A stretch of DNA of 64,000 bases from a virus: positions 1-64,000 of the IMG/VR virus record IMGVR_UViG_3300042514_001262. One strand, written 5' to 3'. Each line of letters starts with the position of its first letter. The first letter of the stretch is position 1. Below, piece by piece: positions 8,817-18,184 of this stretch. The position numbers were made by a program, and so were the translations under genes. The notes below the pieces were generated by a model. The model saw only the letters and a program-made list of their open reading frames with translations. It searched no databases and had not been told where the DNA came from.

Positions 8817-8824
8817 CAAAGATA
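8817..8824 (-). promoter_or_regulatory. Bacteroidota -7 promoter element TATCTTTG
   Basis: Matches TAnnTTTG; 14 nt upstream of ATG 8802. Confidence 0.6.
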
Positions 8825-8835
8825 CAACAAAAAAA

Positions 8836-9363
8836 TTAAACTCTCTTAGAATATCCAACAATTTGATAAAAATCTTTGGTTCCCTCACAATACTCTTTAA
8901 TTAAAGTAAGTAACCCCCGGAACATAAATGCACCAGTCGATTGTTTTTCACATTTACTGAACAACTCAATAAATGCCGTTAATGTCCCAATACTATAATA
9001 TCCATGACCTTGTAATAAATGATACTTTGATGTCATAAAATTTGGTTGTCTCAATGTGTAATTGTTTCGCTCCTCAACTGAATTGAATGGGTCACTCTCG
9101 TCATATAATTTAATCATATCATCAACATAGTTAAGTAAAATTGATTTATTGACTTCCGCCTTAACCAACAAATCAACTATCCAATGTGTATGACTTGGCG
9201 TTCTTAATCTTTTACCCTCTTCCTTGTATTTGACAATAAAATCAAGGTCAGGTCTTTCACCACGACTACCTTGATAGATGGCAACTTCTGTGACATTATC
9301 TGTCTTCCAATATTTAATTGGCATATAATTAATACCTTTTTTATTAAAATGTAAATGTTTCAT
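8836..9363 (-). CDS. hypothetical protein next to the methyltransferase
   Basis: 175 aa; conserved-looking DFIVKY..RTPSHTHWIVDL segment; family not recognised. Confidence 0.7.
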   Translation of the reverse strand: MKHLHFNKKGINYMPIKYWKTDNVTEVAIYQGSRGERPDLDFIVKYKEEGKRLRTPSHTHWIVDLLVKAEVNKSILLNYVDDMIKLYDESDPFNSVEERNNYTLRQPNFMTSKYHLLQGHGYYSIGTLTAFIELFSKCEKQSTGAFMFRGLLTLIKEYCEGTKDFYQIVGYSKRV

Positions 9364-9406
9364 GTAAGTTTTAGTATAGCCATAAAGATAATAAAAATTA
9401 TTGTAA

Positions 9407-9437
9407 ATAAAAAACCCACCTTTTTAGGGGTGGGGTT
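9407..9437 (-). terminator. rho-independent terminator after the DNA methyltransferase
   Basis: Minus strand AACCCCACCCCTAAAAAGGTGGGTTTTTT: GC-rich stem plus U-tract. Confidence 0.75.
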
Positions 9438-9442
9438 AGTTA

Positions 9443-10162
9443 TTACTTATCATAGTTTTCTAACAACTCTTTAGATAACTTCATGTATTTTTCATCAATC
9501 TCAATACCTAAATACCCTCTATTTAATCTTTTTGAAACTATCGCTGAAGTACCTGAGCCAAGAAATGGGTCAAGTATAATATCATTTTCTTCTGTCGTTA
9601 GTAGAATACAATTCTCAACTAATTTTTGAGGAAATGGTGCAGGGTGTTTACTATTTCTATCAGGATTAATTGTCCAAACTTCTGATTGATATTCTTTAGG
9701 TATATTTTCTTTAAATACCTTAGGTTTGGATTTAGTTAACCAATATATATGTTCAGTACATGGTAATAAAACATCTTTTCTAATATTTGGACTTGACAAT
9801 CTATTCCAAATAATTAATTGATATACATCTAACTCACATTTACTGATAAAATCAGTAGGTAAGTGTAACTTATTTTTATGTCGTCTAGCCTTATGGTTAA
9901 AAAAAATAGAGCCGTCAGGTTTTATAATTCTACACATTTCATTTAATAAATCAATCATCCACTGGTGGTAATCTTTTTCAGATAAATCATCACCATAAGA
10001 GTCATAATCTATGTTAAATTTTTTCCAAACTTGATTCCCAGGTTTAACTTTACCTATTAATCCTTTTTTGTTATATGGTGGTGAAGTAACAATACATGAA
10101 ATTGAATTCGATTCTATCGTTTTCATTACCTCTAAACAATCCCCTAATATTAATTTTTCCAT
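9443..10162 (-). CDS. DNA amino-methyltransferase (N4C/N6A, beta class)
   Basis: GDCLE, TSPPY (motif IV, SPPY typical of m4C enzymes), HPAPFP, LDPFLGSGT (motif I), GIEID. Confidence 0.92.
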   Translation of the reverse strand: MEKLILGDCLEVMKTIESNSISCIVTSPPYNKKGLIGKVKPGNQVWKKFNIDYDSYGDDLSEKDYHQWMIDLLNEMCRIIKPDGSIFFNHKARRHKNKLHLPTDFISKCELDVYQLIIWNRLSSPNIRKDVLLPCTEHIYWLTKSKPKVFKENIPKEYQSEVWTINPDRNSKHPAPFPQKLVENCILLTTEENDIILDPFLGSGTSAIVSKRLNRGYLGIEIDEKYMKLSKELLENYDK

Positions 10163-10205
10163 TTTCTGATTTTATTTTAAAAAGATAATCTAAATTCATT
10201 ATAAA

Positions 10206-10838
10206 TCAATCTACTAAAAATAGATTACGATGTATATGAAAAAGTACATTATATCTGTTGTTTTTATTTTTCTTACCTTCTCTTTGAATATGAAAATAAG
10301 TTTTTCCTTTTTGATTTTTCAAATGAATCCCTCCCTTTTTAGGTATCCATGAACAATTTTTAACTTTATCAATGATTTCATCATATGTAATAACATATAA
10401 TTTATCATTTTTTAAATCCTTATAAACTATCGAAGTAATATCAAATCCATTAGAAATTATCAAATCAATTACCCTAAATTTATTTTCATTCAAAAAGGAT
10501 AAAAATGAATTAAGATACTTATCATCAATTTCAGTTATTAGATATCTGTCATTTCCATTCACATTTAAGGTTTCATTACCACAAAACATACGTATGAATT
10601 TTTCAGATTCCTCATCTAAATTTAAAACATTAATAAATTTTCTTTGGGTAGTTAAATGTACTTGAGTACTATTTCCTGTAAAATTTTTTATACTTTCATT
10701 TAACACACCATTTGTACCATCAATTTTAGTTCTGCTACCCCCTACTTGAGATAACCCTCTAATGTCACAAATTTCTTTTTCTTTAGACCCTGAGTAATTT
10801 TTTCTAATTTCTCTTCCTCTATCTGATGTTAATTCCAT
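10206..10838 (-). CDS. putative type II restriction endonuclease (PD-(D/E)XK-like)
   Basis: E..I...KIDG...SIK catalytic-like spacing, TQVH and FHIQREG motifs reminiscent of HinP1I-like enzymes; adjacent to the MTase. Confidence 0.5.
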   Translation of the reverse strand: MELTSDRGREIRKNYSGSKEKEICDIRGLSQVGGSRTKIDGTNGVLNESIKNFTGNSTQVHLTTQRKFINVLNLDEESEKFIRMFCGNETLNVNGNDRYLITEIDDKYLNSFLSFLNENKFRVIDLIISNGFDITSIVYKDLKNDKLYVITYDEIIDKVKNCSWIPKKGGIHLKNQKGKTYFHIQREGKKNKNNRYNVLFHIHRNLFLVD

Positions 10839-10898
10839 AATTTTAAATCGTTTGTAAATATATTTTTTTAATTTAAATAATAAGAAAAAAGTCCCACA

Positions 10899-13277
10899 TT
10901 ATTGTGAAACTTTTGAAATGTTATCGGTTTTGTTAATCTTGACCACATTGTTCGCCCAATTGTTAACCAATGGGTTGTGAGTGATAACGAATATCTTCTC
11001 AAAATATTCTTTCATCTTGGTGAAAAATTCTCCTACCATTTCAAGGTTATCGTTTGATATCTTACCAAACACTTCATCGAACACCATTATATTTGGCTTA
11101 GGTAAAGAACATACTTTGGATAATACCGCTCTAAGAGCCATTGCCGCAATTGTTCTTTCGTAACCTGAACCTGAAACCATTAGTTTCTCAATACCTGTTG
11201 AGTTGTCAACCATAATGAATTCAACCTCGTTCTTATCATTGATACGAATCTCCAAATTGAAGTAACATGAATCTTGAAGTAATCTCTGAAGTTCAGAATT
11301 AATTAATGGCATCATGGTCTTCATAATCATCTTGGTGATACCATTCTTACCATAAATCTCAACATAGATTTTATAAATCTTCTCTCTTTCAAACTCCTCA
11401 GCAATTTTCAAAATGACACCATTGTTTTTCTCAATACGAGCTTGCAGGTTCTCAATTTGATTTTGGTTGGTTGCTTGGATTCTTTCGTATCCACGTTTCT
11501 CCCCAATCAATTCGTCAATTCTCAAACCAGCTTTAACAAGTTGGGCATCAATCTCATTGTTCTTCTTAATCTTGTCCTGAACCTCTTCATATCGTTTAAG
11601 TTTATCTTTGGCTTGACCAAGTTTCAACTCATTTGATTCCAACGATAACTCATACTTTTCTTTGATAAGTTTGTTTCTTTCGTATTCGTCAAAATCTTTT
11701 TTAAGTTGTGTATAGGATTTCTCTTTGGAGTCAAGGTCTTTCAATTGTTTTGATAACTTATCTACCTTTTTCTCCCAATCACCCAACTCATCAATCTTTT
11801 TCTTTGTCAACGCCGCTTCCATCAATTTGATTCCGCAGTGTTCACATTGAATGCCGTCACCATACTTCTTAACAAGTTGTTCAATCTCTTGAACTTTGTT
11901 TTGAGCAAGGATTAACTCACCGTTTGTGGTTTTCATCTTATCCTTAATCTCATCGTGTTTATCTTCATGATAAAACTCTTTTGGTTCAACAATCTTAACT
12001 TCATTGATTTGACCTTTGATTCTTTCACTTGCGTTCTCAAGGTCTGTAATGTCACCCTGTAATCTAATTGGGTTCAACACAATCAACTCTTGGTCAATGT
12101 CGGTGTACTTTGATTTCAATAGGTTGTCTTTATAATCTTGACCCTTTTGTAATCTCAAATCAACATCGGTAATCTTTAAATTGGCATCACTGATTTCGTC
12201 CTTAAGTCGTTGAATCTCTTCGGTTGAAGTTTCATTGTCTTGTCTCAAGGTTTCGGTGTTGTAGACATTGGACATCATGCTCTTTGAAAACTCTGAATAA
12301 ATCTCTTTACCAGTTTCTTCTTTTTTCTTTAAGAACTCAAGACCCAAGAATCTACTTAACACCTGACCACGAGCGGTTGGCTTTGCCTCCAATAAATCTT
12401 CAAGGTTGGATGCGGTTGTAACGATGGTCATCAAGAAATCATCCATTGTTCCAATAGATTTTTTCATGAAATCTTCGGTTTCTCTGCGTTGTTCTCCCGT
12501 GAAGTTTTGAAGTTGTCCATCGGCAAGTTTTTTGAAGAACTCTAATTCGGTCTTCACATTCCATTCACCAGCTTTGGATTTCTTTCTTTCAATATGACGA
12601 GCAATGATATACTCCTCACCATCAATGATAATGTCACCCTTAACTCTAACCTTATTGATATCTGTAAATCTATTAAAGATTTCTTCTGCCTTCTGTGTTT
12701 TTGTTGTTGTGTTAAAGAATAAGAATAAAAGTAAGTCAACCGTCAATACGGTTTTACCTCCAAAGTTTGGTGGGTCTGACTCAACAACTGTAATACCATT
12801 ACATTTGTCAAAATCAATAACTTGACCTTCACCATAAGACAAGAAATTACTGAACTCAATTTTTTTGATATACCATCTTTTGAATGGTGTTACCTCAACC
12901 TCATTAGCCAACATTCTATTCTCCACCGCAGAATCAATATTCATTACTTGGTCATAATACTGGTCTTGACCTTTGGCCTCCAACAAAGTTTTGATAAGTT
13001 CTTTTTGATAGTTCTTATCCATGATGTTTACTGAAACATCAATAGTTTGTTGCGTTTCCTCAGTTATCTTAACTTTAGTTATGACATTGATATTGGTTGA
13101 GTTATACTTCTTTTGAAAGTATTGCTTAACCGACTTGATTCGTTCTTGTGTAAAATTTTCTGGAGTGTCTTCCCAAATGACTTGGATATAAGGATTCTCC
13201 AAAGTTGTTATATCTAACTTTGTTTCCATGTGTTTGTAATTGAATTCAGGTATTGGATTGAATAAATCCCATTTCAT
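10899..13277 (-). CDS. sbcC: SbcC/Rad50/gp46-like SMC ATPase
   Basis: IEFSNFLSYG, divergent Walker A (PNFGGKT), long coiled coil with CEHC zinc hook, SGSGYE signature, Walker B VFDE, H-loop ITH. Confidence 0.9.
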   Translation of the reverse strand: MKWDLFNPIPEFNYKHMETKLDITTLENPYIQVIWEDTPENFTQERIKSVKQYFQKKYNSTNINVITKVKITEETQQTIDVSVNIMDKNYQKELIKTLLEAKGQDQYYDQVMNIDSAVENRMLANEVEVTPFKRWYIKKIEFSNFLSYGEGQVIDFDKCNGITVVESDPPNFGGKTVLTVDLLLFLFFNTTTKTQKAEEIFNRFTDINKVRVKGDIIIDGEEYIIARHIERKKSKAGEWNVKTELEFFKKLADGQLQNFTGEQRRETEDFMKKSIGTMDDFLMTIVTTASNLEDLLEAKPTARGQVLSRFLGLEFLKKKEETGKEIYSEFSKSMMSNVYNTETLRQDNETSTEEIQRLKDEISDANLKITDVDLRLQKGQDYKDNLLKSKYTDIDQELIVLNPIRLQGDITDLENASERIKGQINEVKIVEPKEFYHEDKHDEIKDKMKTTNGELILAQNKVQEIEQLVKKYGDGIQCEHCGIKLMEAALTKKKIDELGDWEKKVDKLSKQLKDLDSKEKSYTQLKKDFDEYERNKLIKEKYELSLESNELKLGQAKDKLKRYEEVQDKIKKNNEIDAQLVKAGLRIDELIGEKRGYERIQATNQNQIENLQARIEKNNGVILKIAEEFEREKIYKIYVEIYGKNGITKMIMKTMMPLINSELQRLLQDSCYFNLEIRINDKNEVEFIMVDNSTGIEKLMVSGSGYERTIAAMALRAVLSKVCSLPKPNIMVFDEVFGKISNDNLEMVGEFFTKMKEYFEKIFVITHNPLVNNWANNVVKINKTDNISKVSQ

Positions 13278-13450
13278 TATTGAATTGTTTGTGTGTCTCC
13301 TGACATCTCAGCTTCTCTCTGTTTTTTTAATTCTTCAAGTTGTTGTCTCATTGACTCATTAAATAATTTTTGCATTGTATTTTGTTGCGCTTTAAGTTTT
13401 TGGTTTCTTGCCGCAACTTTTTTTCTGTGTTCTTTGTCTCGTTTACCCAT
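13277..13450 (-). CDS. small basic protein (57 aa, absent from the ORF track)
   Basis: MGKRDKEHRKKVAARNQKLKAQQNTMQKLF...; its stop overlaps the sbcC ATG (TAATG). Confidence 0.7.
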   Translation of the reverse strand: MGKRDKEHRKKVAARNQKLKAQQNTMQKLFNESMRQQLEELKKQREAEMSGDTQTIQ

Positions 13451-13471
13451 TTTATTTGTTTTTAGTTAATT

Positions 13472-13822
13472 TTAATTCTGTTTAGGTCTATTTTCTTCAA
13501 ACCACTCAACGATTGCATTGATTGCCCATACTGACCCTGAAGCCAACATACCATCAAAGAACCATGAAACCATTTCAGTTACTCCAAGTAATTCGTGTAC
13601 AGGTGAATATAAGAAAATTCCGTAGAAAAATCCAACCCAAGTACTAGCACACATCATACATGCCAACATTTTTGACATAAATGCACCAAGTGGTTGAAAT
13701 GGTGCAACTGGGTTAGAACCCCACCTGTTAATAAATTCTCTTGGTCCGTTAAAGATTGAACCATAAACTAAGATGTTGCTTATTCCATAAGCCATTACCA
13801 TCCATAATAATAATTGTGTCAT
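13472..13822 (-). CDS. membrane protein, DUF1360-like
   Basis: Hydrophobic helices with a CMMCASTW (CxxCxxxW) motif. Confidence 0.6.
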   Translation of the reverse strand: MTQLLLWMVMAYGISNILVYGSIFNGPREFINRWGSNPVAPFQPLGAFMSKMLACMMCASTWVGFFYGIFLYSPVHELLGVTEMVSWFFDGMLASGSVWAINAIVEWFEENRPKQN

Positions 13823-13839
13823 ATTTGTTTTTTATTTTT

Positions 13840-14013
13840 TTATTCAAAAATTATTCCTTCTTTTTCAACATACTCTTTGAATGCTGTTTCAGCGGCTTCT
13901 TTTGTTGGATAGTATCCAATAATCTCATCGTGAACCATTGGGTTATTAACCCCGAACTTTTCTTCTCCGATTGTACGGAAGACAAATGTGTCTAAAATTT
14001 CTTGTGTTATCAT
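13840..14013 (-). CDS. small hypothetical protein (57 aa)
   Basis: ATG at 14013 follows the upstream stop; contains GYYPTKEAAETA. Confidence 0.65.
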   Translation of the reverse strand: MITQEILDTFVFRTIGEEKFGVNNPMVHDEIIGYYPTKEAAETAFKEYVEKEGIIFE

Positions 14014-14020
14014 ATTTCTT

Positions 14021-14806
14021 TTATTTATATAGTTTATCGTCAAGGTTTGACCCTTTTAAGTAGACAGCTTGTTTATTATCTTGGAACTTTTGAATCTCTT
14101 GAATCGTCTGTTCCAATTCTCTTATTTTTTTGTCTTTCTCCAAAGTTTCCTGTCTAACTTTAGCTAAAGTGTTTTGTAACGCATCTAATTTAGATTTTGA
14201 TGAATTGTCCGTCATTTCCTTCTCCACAACCACTTCTACTATCTTTTCAATTGGTGGTTTAGCTAAGTGTTCGTCTAAAGAATGTCTAAGTTCATCTAGT
14301 TCTTGCACCTTTTTAGACATTTTATCTTGGAAATTATTTTCCATTTCTGTCGTTTTATCGGAAAATAATTGTTTGTCAGATTCCAACTGTTGTATTTTTA
14401 ACAACAGTTCATTCTCTTGTGTGTTGTCACAAATGTATTCTATTTTTGTGACAATTGTTTCTACAGGAACTTCTTTTATCACCTCTTTAATCACATCAAC
14501 AGGAACCTCAACATACTCAACTTTAACAACTTCCTTGGTAATCTCAACAGGAACCTCAACATACTCAATTTTAACAACTTCCTTGGTAATCTCAACAGGT
14601 ATTTCTACTCGTTTTTCAACAACAATCTCTTTAATCACCTCTTTTTCTTGAACTCCTCCTTTACCCCCTAAAAGTCCGTATTTTTCAATGGTGAACCCCT
14701 CTAAATAAGATTTCTTAACAATATCTTCTGGTACAAACTTATTCAGTTCGCAGTATCTTGTTAGGTCTTTGTATTGTTTTGAATCAAGTTCAAGGGTTAT
14801 GTTCAT
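14021..14806 (-). CDS. V/E/K/P-repeat (VEVPV) coiled-coil protein
   Basis: EKRVEIPVEITKEVVKIEYVEVPV-type repeats, then coiled coil. Confidence 0.75.
   Translation of the reverse strand: MNITLELDSKQYKDLTRYCELNKFVPEDIVKKSYLEGFTIEKYGLLGGKGGVQEKEVIKEIVVEKRVEIPVEITKEVVKIEYVEVPVEITKEVVKVEYVEVPVDVIKEVIKEVPVETIVTKIEYICDNTQENELLLKIQQLESDKQLFSDKTTEMENNFQDKMSKKVQELDELRHSLDEHLAKPPIEKIVEVVVEKEMTDNSSKSKLDALQNTLAKVRQETLEKDKKIRELEQTIQEIQKFQDNKQAVYLKGSNLDDKLYK
14496..14599. repeat. 48-bp in-frame tandem repeat (just over 2 copies)
   Basis: tcaacagg recurs at 14496, 14544 and 14592; the two full copies differ by about one base. Confidence 0.9.
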
Positions 14807-14807
14807 C

Positions 14808-15590
14808 TTAGTAGTTTAATAGTTTTTCAGTTCCATTAACTAAATCATCAAATGAATTAATACGAAATTTTAAAAAAGGTTTTGGGTTTGGTAGGTCAAT
14901 AAAATCATATTGGTCTGATTCAACATCATACACACCGTATCCATGTTTGGTAATTTTCTCACCCATGTTATTCTGAATTAACGACCCAATCATCACCCCT
15001 CTTTTACCATTCGGAATATTAAATACTGCTCTTTTGTGTATATCCCCACACAGAACGATATCTAAACCTTCAAACTTTTGAGTATCATATGCTTCCTCAC
15101 CAAAATCAAACCCTAAATCAGTTTTTAATCCGTTTATTGGTCCGTGAAATAACCCAATTTTATAACCTTTAGCAGTGTCAATTTCCGGAGGTATGTTACC
15201 TTGAAATTGTGAATAAACGCACCAACTAACATTCTCATCTTCATAAATCCCCCTATCTTTATAATAGACAATATTTGGATTATTTAATGAACTTATCATC
15301 GGAGTCAGAGAATCTAATCTTTCTAAATTAGAAGTTAAAAAATCATGATTTCCAGGAATTAATATTGTTTTAGTAATTTTAGAACATTCAGTTAAAAACC
15401 ATCTAACAAATTCAATCAACTCAGGAGTTAGTTGATTTTTACTATGGACTAAATCACCACTAAATAAAATTCTATCTGGAGCAAGAGTTTTCCATTCAGA
15501 TAAAGCTTGTTCCAATATACCACGATATAAGTCATGGTCTTTAAATAATCTGATATGTAAATCAGAAAAATGTACTAATCTCTTAATCAT
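14808..15590 (-). CDS. sbcD: SbcD/Mre11/gp47-like metallophosphoesterase nuclease
   Basis: SDLH, GDLVH, GNHD, FHG and GDIH motifs; close to sbcC. Confidence 0.88.
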   Translation of the reverse strand: MIKRLVHFSDLHIRLFKDHDLYRGILEQALSEWKTLAPDRILFSGDLVHSKNQLTPELIEFVRWFLTECSKITKTILIPGNHDFLTSNLERLDSLTPMISSLNNPNIVYYKDRGIYEDENVSWCVYSQFQGNIPPEIDTAKGYKIGLFHGPINGLKTDLGFDFGEEAYDTQKFEGLDIVLCGDIHKRAVFNIPNGKRGVMIGSLIQNNMGEKITKHGYGVYDVESDQYDFIDLPNPKPFLKFRINSFDDLVNGTEKLLNY

Positions 15591-15825
15591 TTAATGTTAG
15601 ATTTGTTTCTTCAGTGTCTTCAAAGGGGTTGAACCCTTTATTGATGTGACCACATTCGTCACATTTGTAAATTGGGAATGGTACCGTTGTATCTTCATCA
15701 GAACCTGTTAATAGCCTTGATACTTTTTTGATATAGATTACTTCTCTGAAGTATACACTATCACACTTTTCACATTTGATTGTCTCGCAATCTCTTAGGT
15801 TAACCTTTGGTTTAATTGTTTCCAT
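15583..15825 (-). CDS. zinc-ribbon protein
   Basis: CEKC...CDECGH. Confidence 0.75.
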   Translation of the reverse strand: METIKPKVNLRDCETIKCEKCDSVYFREVIYIKKVSRLLTGSDEDTTVPFPIYKCDECGHINKGFNPFEDTEETNLTLND

Positions 15826-16012
15826 TTAATTTGTCTATTTGTTTTTGAAGTTTAATACATCTTAATTCGTTCATGAAAGCAACACCAATCCAGCATAATA
15901 TACCAAATTCATCGCTTGCCCTAAAATACTCTTTAGTAATCAATCTTGTAATAAGTGTTGTAATTCCGATGATGAACATCACGATGTAAATAAATTTTGT
16001 TATTCTAGTCAT
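15812..16012 (-). CDS. small two-TM membrane protein
   Basis: Two hydrophobic segments; overlaps the next gene. Confidence 0.65.
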   Translation of the reverse strand: MTRITKFIYIVMFIIGITTLITRLITKEYFRASDEFGILCWIGVAFMNELRCIKLQKQIDKLNGNN

Positions 16013-16039
16013 AATATAATTTTTAATAAATTTAATTCT

Positions 16040-16888
16040 TTATTTCTGTTTTGTCAAATATTGTTTCATATCCATACCCAAGACAATATTCACAATATCT
16101 TGAGGAACTTTATATTCGTCGTATAAAGTATCCTCTTTCAAGTGAGAGATTACACAACCATAAAGTTTTATGTTCTCATATTTGGTACCTTCCAACATCT
16201 TTAATAATAACTTACCATAAAGAGGTAGTTGGACATAGTAGTGACCAAGTGCAGTATCATCATACTTTTCAAATGGTTTTAACATTTTCTTGGTATAACT
16301 TGTGGATACAAAGTTTTTTGGTTTGTTGGTTTTCCAATCGGTAATAACAACTCCGAACTCAGTTTTGTCGCGGTTCATCATCAACCAAACTTTATCGGGC
16401 TGTCCTGTATATTCCAATTCAGGATGACCTAACACCATCTCTGTATCAAGTAATACCGCACCCCTTTCCTCCATCAAGTCAAGATATTTTTTACCAGCAA
16501 CAATCATATTATCGCCTTTCATAATTTGGGTCAAATCACACTTGAACTCAGGTTGTCTTACCTCTTTGTAGTTTCCATTGTTTTTAATAACCTCACTCTC
16601 CAATACAAAGTGAACACGACTTCCCATATTGGTTGAATATGTTCCTGCCGCAGTCCATTCTTCAATAAGTTCTTGCTGACGTTGGGGGTCTCCTTTGGAT
16701 TTAGCAAATGACGCTTCTTCTAATGGAAACTCAGTATAAAATTTCTTCAATACTTTTGAAACTGACGGATAATCAGTCCTACCATTCATTGTATATATGT
16801 GGTTTTCTTCTTCAAAGGATAACCCAAATTCATCCTGTCTTTGTGAGATAATTTCTCGTATCTCTTTTGCAATATCATTTAATTTCAT
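16040..16888 (-). CDS. PD-(D/E)XK superfamily exonuclease
   Basis: SVS, GSRVH, TE, GQPD, DWKT and YYVQLPLY motifs. Confidence 0.8.
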   Translation of the reverse strand: MKLNDIAKEIREIISQRQDEFGLSFEEENHIYTMNGRTDYPSVSKVLKKFYTEFPLEEASFAKSKGDPQRQQELIEEWTAAGTYSTNMGSRVHFVLESEVIKNNGNYKEVRQPEFKCDLTQIMKGDNMIVAGKKYLDLMEERGAVLLDTEMVLGHPELEYTGQPDKVWLMMNRDKTEFGVVITDWKTNKPKNFVSTSYTKKMLKPFEKYDDTALGHYYVQLPLYGKLLLKMLEGTKYENIKLYGCVISHLKEDTLYDEYKVPQDIVNIVLGMDMKQYLTKQK

Positions 16889-16891
16889 AAA

Positions 16892-17047
16892 TTACTTTTC
16901 AAATTTTGTTTGTAGATGTTGGATTAGATATTTCGCATAATTCGTTAATAACTCGTGACCATCAAATGTGAATACTTCTAAATTGTTTTGAACTGATTTG
17001 TTATATTCGTTTTTTAATCTTTGGTAGGTGTCTAATGTGAATGTCAT
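16892..17047 (-). CDS. small hypothetical protein (51 aa, absent from the ORF track)
   Basis: MTFTLDTYQRLKNEYNKSVQNNLEVFTFDGHELLTNYAKYLIQHLQTKFEK; fills the gap downstream of a consensus promoter. Confidence 0.7.
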   Translation of the reverse strand: MTFTLDTYQRLKNEYNKSVQNNLEVFTFDGHELLTNYAKYLIQHLQTKFEK

Positions 17048-17065
17048 ATTCTATATATTTATCAG

Positions 17066-17097
17066 CAAAAATAATACAATTTTTTCACATCACCAAA
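17066..17097 (-). promoter_or_regulatory. Bacteroidota housekeeping promoter TTTG-N20-TATTTTTG
   Basis: caaa 17094-17097 and caaaaata 17066-17073 on the plus strand, 20-nt spacer. Confidence 0.75.
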
Positions 17098-17099
17098 TT

Positions 17100-18002
17100 T
17101 TATTTTATTTCAACGAAATAATCTTTGATATCACCCCTCAAATCGGCAACATCCATATCTTTAGGTGGTTTAATTATTTTTATTTTGTTATATAATCTAC
17201 CACCGTTCAATGTATGGTATAATTTCAAGGCATCTAACCATGCATCCTCATCAAGACAGATTATGAGATTTCCGTTTGCCCTTTCATATAAAGTGGAGAA
17301 CAATAAATCACTCATTTTTTTACCCAACATAACAATTGAATTATCCAAAAAAAACGAATCAAATGCACCTTCACATATATGAATATCCTTATCCCAATCA
17401 ATCAATCCCTCGTTGAATATGATTTCATCTTTTGGAACTGTCGGATTCTTGTACTTCATCTTCTTTGATACCCAAGCTCTTGCAACAAAATAATTCAATG
17501 CACCCTCCTTATTAAACGAAGGTACAATAATTCTGTACGCAAAATCACCACTAACGGTATAACCTATCTTATATTTTTTGATTAACCCATCTGTAATACC
17601 TCTTGATTGTAGGTATCTATACGCTTCAATGTGTGGGATGAATCGTGGGTTTGAATCCTCAAAGGTTGTATAACCCTCAGGTAATCTTAATTTGGGTTTC
17701 TTGGCTTCTTGCTGTTTTAACTCCTCAGGTTTGATTAGATTATAAACCTTCTTTTGTTTTTTTGTTCCATAGTCATCAAATAAACGACCTAATGGTCCGC
17801 TTGTACCACACCCCCAACAATGGTAAACAAACTTATTAAGATTTATCTCTAAATTACCTTTACCATCTCCTTTATCAAGACCTTTAATATCCATACAATT
17901 AGGACAATCGTAACCGTATTGATGTTTTGAATCATAAACCTTTTTTGGTTTATCCAAAACATCTTCAATTAACTCTAATAGTACTTCAATCTCTTCTATC
18001 AT
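17100..18002 (-). CDS. DnaG-type DNA primase
   Basis: CPNC..HCWGC zinc finger, YLQSRGI, RIIVP, KYKNP, TOPRIM CEGAFD and LDED. Confidence 0.9.
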   Translation of the reverse strand: MIEEIEVLLELIEDVLDKPKKVYDSKHQYGYDCPNCMDIKGLDKGDGKGNLEINLNKFVYHCWGCGTSGPLGRLFDDYGTKKQKKVYNLIKPEELKQQEAKKPKLRLPEGYTTFEDSNPRFIPHIEAYRYLQSRGITDGLIKKYKIGYTVSGDFAYRIIVPSFNKEGALNYFVARAWVSKKMKYKNPTVPKDEIIFNEGLIDWDKDIHICEGAFDSFFLDNSIVMLGKKMSDLLFSTLYERANGNLIICLDEDAWLDALKLYHTLNGGRLYNKIKIIKPPKDMDVADLRGDIKDYFVEIK

Positions 18003-18006
18003 GTCT

Positions 18007-18014
18007 CAAATATA
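18007..18014 (-). promoter_or_regulatory. Bacteroidota -7 element TATATTTG, 4 nt before the primase ATG
   Basis: TATATTTG-AGAC-ATG. Confidence 0.6.
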
Positions 18015-18033
18015 GTAAAAATTTACGACAAAT

Positions 18034-18183
18034 CTAATCTTCTATATCATCACTGATTATGTGTTTTCTCCACCATTTTTTGAATTTGGTGTTCTCAGGA
18101 ACTTTATTCTCCACCATAAAAATTGAAAATAAAATTAAAAGACGGAATACCACATAAATTATAATTAAAGATGACCAATTCAT
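18034..18183 (-). CDS. small TM protein (49 aa, absent from the ORF track)
   Basis: MNWSSLIIIYVVFRLLILFSIFMVENKVPENTKFKKWWRKHIISDDIED; starts right after the upstream stop. Confidence 0.65.
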   Translation of the reverse strand: MNWSSLIIIYVVFRLLILFSIFMVENKVPENTKFKKWWRKHIISDDIED

Positions 18184-18184
18184 A

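Noticed and set aside
538-17382. Plus-strand ORFs antisense to core genes (538..921, 2340..2702, 14130..14651, 16051..16344 and others)
   Set aside because: They are fully antisense to well-supported genes and have the S/F/L-rich composition typical of shadow ORFs.
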